From assembly GCA_951406725.2 (NCBI GenBank), contig OX597826.1, forward strand, positions 7,812,001 through 7,876,000: a stretch of DNA of 64,000 bases, written 5' to 3'. The stretch comes from Octopus vulgaris (taxonomy: Eukaryota). The notes beneath the pieces were generated by a model, which was not told where the DNA came from, did no database searches, and saw only the letters and a list, made by a program, of their open reading frames with translations. Positions 54,458 through 64,000 of the stretch are shown in pieces (position 1 is the stretch's first letter; the number at the start of each line of letters is the position of its first letter). The position numbers were made by a program, and so were the translations under genes.

Positions 54458-54533
54458 CATTCAGGTTACTGCCTGGAATCGAACTTGTAATCTTGGGGTT
54501 AGTAGCCCGCGCTCTTAACCACTACACCATATG
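54245..54533 (-). mobile_element. tRNA-headed SINE-like element carrying a hammerhead ribozyme
   Basis: Minus strand: tRNA-like head 54533-54461 (A box TGGTGTAGTGG, B box GTTCGATTC), (TAA)n linker, hammerhead at 54346-54303. Confidence 0.78.
54303..54346 (-). ncRNA. Minimal hammerhead ribozyme motif
   Basis: acac CUGAUGA a ggctgg-aaggtata-tcagtc GAAAC GUU gtgt; palindromic AACGTT stem III. Confidence 0.78.
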
Positions 54534-54800
54534 TCAGTAAATATAGAACTGTATTATCTTCCTACAAGTATTCAACTAAGAAAGGACATAAAAATCGCAT
54601 AAATAGTTTTTGAGTTCGACCCCAGCGCTCTACTGATATTTATATTATCGACATCGATTCGATTAAAAGCAATATCCACTTCGGCGGAATTTGAACTCAG
54701 AACGTAAAACGCCGCAATGAATATCACAAACCGTATTTTTTTCTTCGACACTAACGATTGAGCCAATTCCATAGTCGTCGTCGTTGTCGCCGTCGTCCTT

Positions 54801-54836
<36 letters not shown>

Positions 54837-55144
54837 AATAATTATATAAATAAATAAAATTTACCATAGTAATACAAAATAACATAAGAAACACGATATT
54901 CATGTGTTATCATCCGATTGCAGTCTTTTGCAAAAGATGGAGGCCTAAAGTTGACATAACTGACAGCTAAAGTGACTATAAAATTATAGTTCCGATAGCT
55001 AGCTGACATATTGTGTTGTAGTCTAGTAATTGGTCTAATTAAGTAGAATACTTAGTGATCGAGAAATGCAAAATTTTTCATCGAGTAGCAGTCACAAGAA
55101 CGCAAGAAAGACGATGCGAAGACGGTCGTATCACTTCTAATACT

Positions 55145-55196
<52 letters not shown>

Positions 55197-55406
55197 ATAA
55201 ATATGTGTGCTTGTGTGTGTGTGTGTGTGTGGCTGTAAATTTGTGTGAATGTACGTGTGTCTAGGCATGTATTTATGTACTGTTTATATAGTTATATAAA
55301 TATATAGATAAGTTGTATAGTAAATATATGGATATATATGCATCTAAATATGTATAAATGCGTGTATATATAAATATGTGTGTTAGGATGTGTGTATACG
55401 TATGCC

Positions 55407-55437
<31 letters not shown>

Positions 55438-55439
55438 GT

Positions 55440-55600
55440 AGGCGTAGGCGTGACTGTGAGGTAACAAGCTTGTTTCCCAATCACAGGGTTCCGTGTTCAG
55501 TCCCACTGCGGGCCATCCTGGGCATTTTTCTTCTACTACTTCCTCGGGCCGATCAACGCTTTGAGATTTCCTAGACAGAAACTGAAAAACGCCCGTCGAA
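55440..55600 (+). mobile_element. SINE family B, 5' half
   Basis: GGCGTAGGCGTGACTGTGAGGTAAC..GTTCAGTCCCACTGCG..GAAACTGAAAAACGCCCGTCG. Confidence 0.75.
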
Positions 55601-55616
55601 TATATATATATATATT

Positions 55617-55687
<71 letters not shown>

Positions 55688-55694
55688 GTGTTGT

Positions 55695-55870
55695 GAATTC
55701 AAATACACAATTAGTTCAAATAATTGAATAAAATTAACGAACACTATATATACACAACAAATATATGTATTAGCTTAACGACCGGTGAAGTAAGAGTGTT
55801 TAACGTTTCGAGCATAGCTCTTCGTCGGAAAGGAGAAAGGGGAAAAAAGTCCAAAGAAGGAAAATGAGGC
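55695..55870 (-). mobile_element. Solo pLTR-like unit with hammerhead variant (55799-55831)
   Basis: ttt CCGACGA a gagc-tat-gctc GAAAC GUU aaa. Confidence 0.7.
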
Positions 55871-56012
55871 GTTACTGTGTAGTTAGAATCTGCTTTCAGT
55901 CACATGGTTTCAGGTTCGGTCCCACGGAACCTTACCCAGTTCTATTCCTGCTAGAGGCAGAAACGGAAAGAATGTAGTTCAGCATTTCTGTGTGTATTCA
56001 AGACAATCATTA

Positions 56013-56057
<45 letters not shown>

Positions 56058-56063
<6 letters not shown>

Positions 56064-56355
56064 GAAGGTTTGAAAATGCAATTTTAAAAGATGTTTATTT
56101 ACTTGACCGGTTTCACTTTTTTAGAAAAAGATTGTCAAAAGTAACATGTAAAAGCTTTGTTGTGTTAGGTACTGGTTGTCACAAAATATTACAATACATC
56201 AAAGAATGTATATATATATATTGTAATATTTTGTGACAACCAGTACCTAACACAACAAAGCTTTTACATGTTACTTTGACAATCTTTTTCTAAAAAAGTA
56301 AAACCGGTCAATAAATAAACATCCTTTAATATTGCATTTTCAAACTTTCTTTCAT
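56058..56355. mobile_element. ~300-bp foldback with U3:A8 hammerhead motif in each arm
   Basis: Arms at 56058-56196 and 56219-56355. Minus strand 56144-56099: ttactt UUGACAA t-cttttt-ct-aaaaaag-t GAAAC CG GUC aagtaa. Confidence 0.88.
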
Positions 56356-56368
56356 GTATATATATATA

Positions 56369-56690
56369 TATATAAATTAGAGAAGAACCACCATGTAGCA
56401 ATTCAACAATGATATACTTAAATCATACCATACAAAAATAGATCAAAAATACGATAAAGCATTTACCTAGAATTATATATTATTTATTATTTCGTACTTT
56501 ATTTAGTTCTAGGTAAATGTTTTATCGTATTGTAAAATTTTTTCTACATGGTATGATTTAAGTATATCATTGTTGAATTACTACATGGTGGTTCTTCTCT
56601 AATTTATATACATGTATTATATATTGTAAAATGTGATTTAGTATTACTAAATTGAATTTTTCCCTGTTTGGAATCATATTCCCTAATATT
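56369..56690. mobile_element. Second foldback (arms 56369-56475 and 56504-56610) with single-sided extension
   Basis: Direct inspection; same family as 24822-25100. Confidence 0.85.
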
Positions 56691-56709
56691 ATTATTATCA
56701 TTATTATTA

Positions 56710-56774
<65 letters not shown>

Positions 56775-56777
56775 TTT

Positions 56778-57300
<523 letters not shown>

Positions 57301-57527
57301 TAATCTCCGTATGTATCTACCTTACTAAAGATTTGCCTCTCTGTCTGTCTCACGATATATATATTCATAGATATTTAAACGCCCAAGTTTGCACAAATTG
57401 CAGATCTGGTTTTAGCAAAGCACTTAATAACCATTGTTTTTCTTTCATAATTTGTTTTGTGTTCTTTACGTTATTTTATACAGAAGAGGAATGTGTGTGT
57501 GTGCGCGCGCGTATGTGTATTTGTGCT

Positions 57528-57560
<33 letters not shown>

Positions 57561-57776
57561 ACTTTCGAGTCTAGAACCATTAATATAAAGTCTGCAGCTG
57601 TTTCCATTCATGCAATTGCCATAGGCTTCAAAACTGTATCGTCGTATGCCATCATTTCATACAACATAGAGTAAAATGTATAAACACATACATACATACA
57701 TACATATATACATACACACATGCATGCATACATACATATACACATGCATGCATGCATACATACATACATACATACA

Positions 57777-57807
<31 letters not shown>

Positions 57808-58122
57808 GTGCTCGCACACACGTATACATAGACAAACACTCAAAAACGCTTGGATATGTATATTTCCTTTTGACGACGTTCTTTAGCGTTCAAAATATGG
57901 TGAGCTATTGGTTGATACGCCTCATTGATCAAAATCCCTGGTAAAAACAAATAAAACATTATCAACAGCAGCAAAAAAACATCAACAAAAACAATATATA
58001 CAACATGACAACAAAAGCTGCAATCAGAAATACGCGTAGAAATAGGACGAAACGATATATGCGCGCGTGTGTTTATCTATATATGTATGTGTTTGCATGT
58101 AGATACTTTTATACTTATATTG

Positions 58123-58183
<61 letters not shown>

Positions 58184-58319
58184 CATACATAGATATTTAT
58201 TTATTTATTCATAAATATATGTATGCATATAAAGAGGCAAAAATGGACCAGCACGTATATATGACGTTATATCACATATACACGTATATGTATGAACATG
58301 TCCATGTGTGTTTTGTGTA

Positions 58320-58362
<43 letters not shown>

Positions 58363-59141
58363 CACGTATACTTACATTTATTCCCCTCCATCTCTTTAAA
58401 CAACAAAAAAATGCATATGCATGCACCTACGAATCCGCCTCTAGCGACCATTTTTCATTGCAACATAACGTTCATTTTAATATTGCGTCATTTGCAAATC
58501 TGTTCGCTTCGTAGTTTGTTTAGCTGGTTTCAAAATTTCTGATATTTCAACAAAGGATGCTGCTTTCGGTTTTTCTTCCTAATCTACCCTCCTTCCATTC
58601 TCCATCCTAAGAGAATACGATACATCAGCTATTGTTCCTAGGGTAGTTTTGTTTTATTTTTACATATATATTTACATATTTGTTCTTGTTTAAATAATTA
58701 TTTTATTTTGTTCTTTACACTTTCTTTACTTTTTCTTGCATTTTCAGCTGGCATTTTTATATTTATTTCTATCGTTATTTGCAAGTATGTATATGAATGT
58801 ATAGGGGTACGTATCTCGGGTGCAGAGACGTACATGCTCAAGCACAAAAACAAACGCACTTAAGCACACGCGGGTGCGCATATATGTAAACATATACATA
58901 TAGGTGAGCATACACACAAGCACAAATATATATGTACAATACGCACATAATTATGCGAGCGAATATATATATATGTATGTATATATATATATATATGTGT
59001 GTGTGTTTATGTGTATGTATATGTATGTGTGTGTATATGTATATATATATATATATGTATATATGTGTGTGTGTATATATATATACATGTGTATGTATAT
59101 GTGTGTATATTTATATATATATGTATATATGTGTGTGTGTG

Positions 59142-59182
<41 letters not shown>

Positions 59183-59329
59183 GTATATATATGCATGTAT
59201 ATATATATAGATAGATGATAGATAGAAATATAGATAGATAGATGCAGATATGTATATATATATATGTGTGTGTTTTGATATATTTACATAAATATTTATA
59301 TAACCGCACACATGAATCGATGTGCACAC

Positions 59330-59454
<125 letters not shown>

Positions 59455-59896
59455 TATACATGTATGCATGTATGTCTGTATGTACATGCATGAAGGTGGG
59501 AACATGTGCGTGCGTGTCTGACTCTATATGAGTGATATGACATTTTGAATATATATGCGTGAACAGAAGGAAAAAGAGGGAAACAGATATTAAGTGCGGG
59601 TGCCCAAGAAATGGAGAGTCGGGAGAGTCATACAGTCTTTACAGTGGATGCATAACAGTGGATGCATGAATCTCTTTCTGAGTATGATTCAGTGCATATG
59701 TTGTCTGTGTGTCTGTGTGTCTGTGTGTCTGTGTTCGTGTGCGCGTACGTTAAATATCTCTACACGTGTTGTGATGTTCTTTTATATATATATGTATATT
59801 TTTCTTATTTTGTTTGTTTTTCTTTGTTCCTTTCATACTATTCTTTTTCCTCGAAGCTATATCATATTCCCATTATATATATATGTATATTATATA

Positions 59897-59960
<64 letters not shown>

Positions 59961-60266
59961 CATATATATATAAGAATGTATGTACGTATATATATCCCTG
60001 TATATATATATGGACATATGTTATATATATGTGTGCACATATATGTATGTATATATATATGTATATTTATATATATATATGTATGTGTATGTATATGTAT
60101 ATATGTATATTCATAAATATATGTATATGTTATATTTATACATACATACATATAGATATACATGCATGTCCATTGACATACATATATATATATATATATA
60201 TGCATATAGATAGATAGATTGATATAGATATGAATATAAGTGTGTGTGTGTGTGTATGTATGTATA

Positions 60267-60327
<61 letters not shown>

Positions 60328-60823
60328 TATATATATCAAACATGACGGACTTCCACGCTTCTTATCCTCTGCCTCTTTACCTCTCTCTCACTTCCCTCAC
60401 TTCTCTTTTATTCTTATCACCCCCACTACCTCCAGCACCAAAACGTGTCCCTATCCCCCTAATCGTCTTTCTCTTGCACCTCCTCCTCCTTCTCCTCGTT
60501 CTTCTCCGTCTTCAATACAGATTGTTCATTCTTGTCCGGTCGATAATACCTAGAAGAATATGAAATACAGATGAACATCAATTATATTATATTTCGCAAG
60601 AAAATCCCCTCCACGCGTCAGCCATTTTATTTTTGCGTTTCCTAATAATCACTTCTACCACCCACCCTCCCCCTTTTTCTCTTGTCGCTTTCCTCCTCTC
60701 ACATTCTTACTTCCTTCTCTCTCCCTTTGCCTCTGTCAGTCACTCCACATACATACACACACACGTATGTATATGTATATATTTATACATACCCATGTAT
60801 ATGTGTGTGTGTGTATGTGTGTG

Positions 60824-60886
<63 letters not shown>

Positions 60887-60890
60887 GTAA

Positions 60891-60998
<108 letters not shown>

Positions 60999-61388
60999 CT
61001 ACACATGTAGACGCACACACACACACATTAAATAATTGATCGGAGGGTAGACAGCGTGTATGCTGAACCTGCGATTAAAGTGCACTACCGCGGATGATGC
61101 CTGGTAGCCGTATTTGGTGTACCTACTCTCAAGGCACACTAGTAGGGATATACTGAAAAAAATTTTTGGATACTGCATTTTAAAGTCCCGTATCTAAGCT
61201 ATAATTTATTTTTTATATATATATATTTATATATATATATATATGGATATATATGGACATTTTGCCTTTTGTTGTTGCTCATCTCACGCTTTTTCTGACA
61301 TCCCAAACCCGCCTATAATTACCACTAGTTCACTTTATCTCCACTAACATGTACATGTGTGTATGTTTGTGTCTATGTGTGTGTGTGT

Positions 61389-61433
<45 letters not shown>

Positions 61434-61477
61434 TGTCTGTGTGTCTGTGTGTGTGTATGTGTGTGTGTGTTTGTCTT

Positions 61478-61685
61478 AATCGTTGGCGATTTTTATCCTC
61501 CGTCTCCCTTTCCTCTTGGTTTTCTTCTGTCTCCTGTTTCTGAAGAAGAACGTCTGCTCGAAACGTAAAACCATCTTTCTTTCCTTCCCTGAGCGTCTGC
61601 TAATACTTTACATGTCCCACGTCCTCGCGTTGTTCTTCTTTCTTGTGTTTGTTCTTCGTTTTTGGTGGGGTGGGATTTACTATAT
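61478..61685 (+). mobile_element. Solo pLTR-like unit with hammerhead (61536-61571)
   Basis: gttt CUGAAGA a gaac-gtct-gctc GAAAC GUA aaac, then CCTGAGCGTCTGCTAATAC; related to 53800-54000. Confidence 0.78.
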
Positions 61686-62359
61686 ATACATACATACATA
61701 CATATATATACATATATATATAGAAGCAAGATACCAAAGATTTGATATTCTGGAAATGAATCCGCCTTAAAGGTTGAAAGCAAATCTAACCTTAATGGTG
61801 GGGGGGAGAATTTAAGTCTTATTTTGACTACAGAATATTATTTTAAGATCATATTTTTAGATTAATGAAGCCGGCCACCTGCTAGAATCGTTATCCCTCT
61901 GGACTAGGTGTTAAGCAGTATTTCTCCGGCTTACATTCCGACGGCTTTACTTTTCATTCTTTCGGAATGAGCACTGGATCCAATGAAATCAACTAATATC
62001 CTTCTCGCAAAATTTTAGGCTTTGTGTTATTGTTGAAAGTATTATGTTTAGACTGTTGAGTAAGAGGTTTTAGGTCCATAAAAGATAAAGGAAAGATTAA
62101 TATTTTTAATATAGTTTTAAAGATTTTAGTGCTAAATTAAGATGCTACCAAATTATAATCTCGCATTTATGATGTATGTTTGTGCAGATATTAATTTTGT
62201 TTAGAAATTAAAAAGTTTTATTAGTTTTATAATACACTAAGGAATAATTAATCTGGTTTAAAAGGATTTTAAGTGTAATAAAAAAATTTAAAGCAAACTA
62301 CCTTATTCTGGAATTTTTGATGTTAATTTCGTTTGGTAATTAAAATGTCTTAGTGTTAG

Positions 62360-62937
62360 ATTGAAATTTTGGCACAAGGTCAAGAATTTTAGGGATGGTT
62401 GTAAGTCGACTATATTCGTTTCTACTCAAGGCACAAGGCCCGAATTTTTTTTTGTGGGGGGCGGGCAGTCGATTAGATCGACCCTAGTACTCAACTGGTA
62501 CTTAATTTTTCGACCCCGAAAGGCTGAAAGGCAAAGTCGATCTCGACCAAATTTGAACTCAGAACGTAAAGACAGACGAAATAACGCTGAGCGTTTCGCC
62601 CGGTATGCTAACGATTCTGCCAGCTCGCCGCCTTAAAAGGATGAAAAGCAAAGTCAATCTCGGAAGTATTTGAACTCAAGGGGTAAAGACGGACGAAATA
62701 CTTATTTCTTTACTACTTATAAGGGGCTAAACAAAGAGAGGACAAACAAGGGCAGACAAACGGATTAAGTCGATTATATCGACCCCAGTGCGTAACTGGT
62801 ACTTATTTAATCGACCCCGAAAGGATGAAAGGCAAAGTCGATCTCGGCGGAATTTGAACTCTGAACGAGGCGGCAGACGGAATACCGCAAAGCATTTCGT
62901 CCGGCAGGCTAATGATTGCGCCAGCTTATTGCCTTAA
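62360..62937 (-). mobile_element. Tandem SINE family A copies
   Basis: Two heads (CAGCTCGCCGCCTT at ~62621-62634 and CAGCTTATTGCCTT at ~62922-62935) and three cores. Confidence 0.88.
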
Positions 62938-63243
62938 GTTGGCCGTGTATTAGCAAAATTTCAGTTAAATGGTCTAAATATGAAAAGGTCTAGAGACGAT
63001 AATATTAATGGTTTATATACTGGTGACGTCATGGGTTTCGTTTCCCTAACGTACTTATATGGAGGGAACTCTCCACGCTGACTGCAAATTCATGGGTGTC
63101 CGAATATATTAATCTGGGGCTGGGCAGAGCATGCTAGAGTATCTGCAAGGAAAACTTTGCTCGCAACTCGGTGGTTATTGCCATGGTCTTCCCGAGTTCT
63201 ATTTTGGAGGGATGGATGGATGGATGGATGGATGGATGGATAG

Positions 63244-63274
<31 letters not shown>

Positions 63275-63336
63275 TATTTGTTTATGTATTTGTTTTGAAA
63301 GAATCATTAGAGACAAAATGGCCTGAGGAGAACACA

Positions 63337-63387
<51 letters not shown>

Positions 63388-63454
63388 ACACACACACACA
63401 AACACACACTCACACTCACACACACAAACACACACTCACACACACACACACACG

Positions 63455-63490
<36 letters not shown>

Positions 63491-64000
63491 ATCTCATCTT
63501 ATCTATGTGTGTGAATATGTGCAAACATATTTTTGTATGTAATCATATATAATATTTATATATAATGTATTATGTATTATGTATGTATGTATCTATGTAT
63601 GTATATAATCATGTCATATTTTTATATATATTATGTATGTATATATGCATGTATGTATGTATATATATATTAATCTATATATATTCATCTATATGCGCAT
63701 CTATGGATGTATGTATGCATGCATGCATGTGTGTATGTGTATAACCAAACATCTTGCTATAATTTTCTTCTTTTCATATACCTTTACAAAAACTCCAGTT
63801 TTTTCTCCTTCTACCTTTTTTATCTCCATCAGATTTTATTCCAGCGAAACTACAGGTTCGTCATTGTTATCTGCAGCAACGTAATGAAGACATGCGCTGC
63901 AGTTTGCAATTGAACTATTACACAAGGGTTATAAAAACAGGAGTCTTTCATTCTTCAAACTTTTCATTCACGTTGCTATCCATTCTGTGATTCCATTCTT

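Noticed and set aside
63795-63860. Splice acceptor and micro-exon
   Set aside because: Pyrimidine tract and AG are present, but the donor is weak and there is no coding support.

Overview
AT-rich, repeat-saturated eukaryotic DNA. The SINE, Penelope and R4 repertoire and the very long (TA)n, (GATA)n, (TATG)n and (TAA)n tracts point to a coleoid cephalopod, most likely Octopus (recognition from memory, not a search). I found no host protein-coding exon, functional RNA gene or CRISPR array, and almost all long ORFs in the track are microsatellite artefacts. The window holds decayed R4/Dong-like, Penelope (RT + GIY-YIG), RTE and CR1-like retroelements; three Tc1/mariner lineages (DD34D mariner MITEs, DD37D maT, DD41D rosa); a probable Helitron; and at least four tRNA-derived SINE families. 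The most interesting signal is about 15 minimal hammerhead ribozyme motifs, intact or decayed. They sit in short non-coding Penelope-pLTR-like units, in foldback (inverted-dimer) elements, and in one tRNA-headed (Pol III-type) SINE. Three separate families carry the compensatory U3:A8 core and two copies carry a U4C core. Also notable are an RTE 3' end with three C2H2 zinc fingers, a Penelope copy with an internal inversion and a 28-bp junction duplication, and a zone at about 29.4-33 kb that looks partly like a long-read consensus artefact. Coordinates were read by eye; decayed-element boundaries are approximate.
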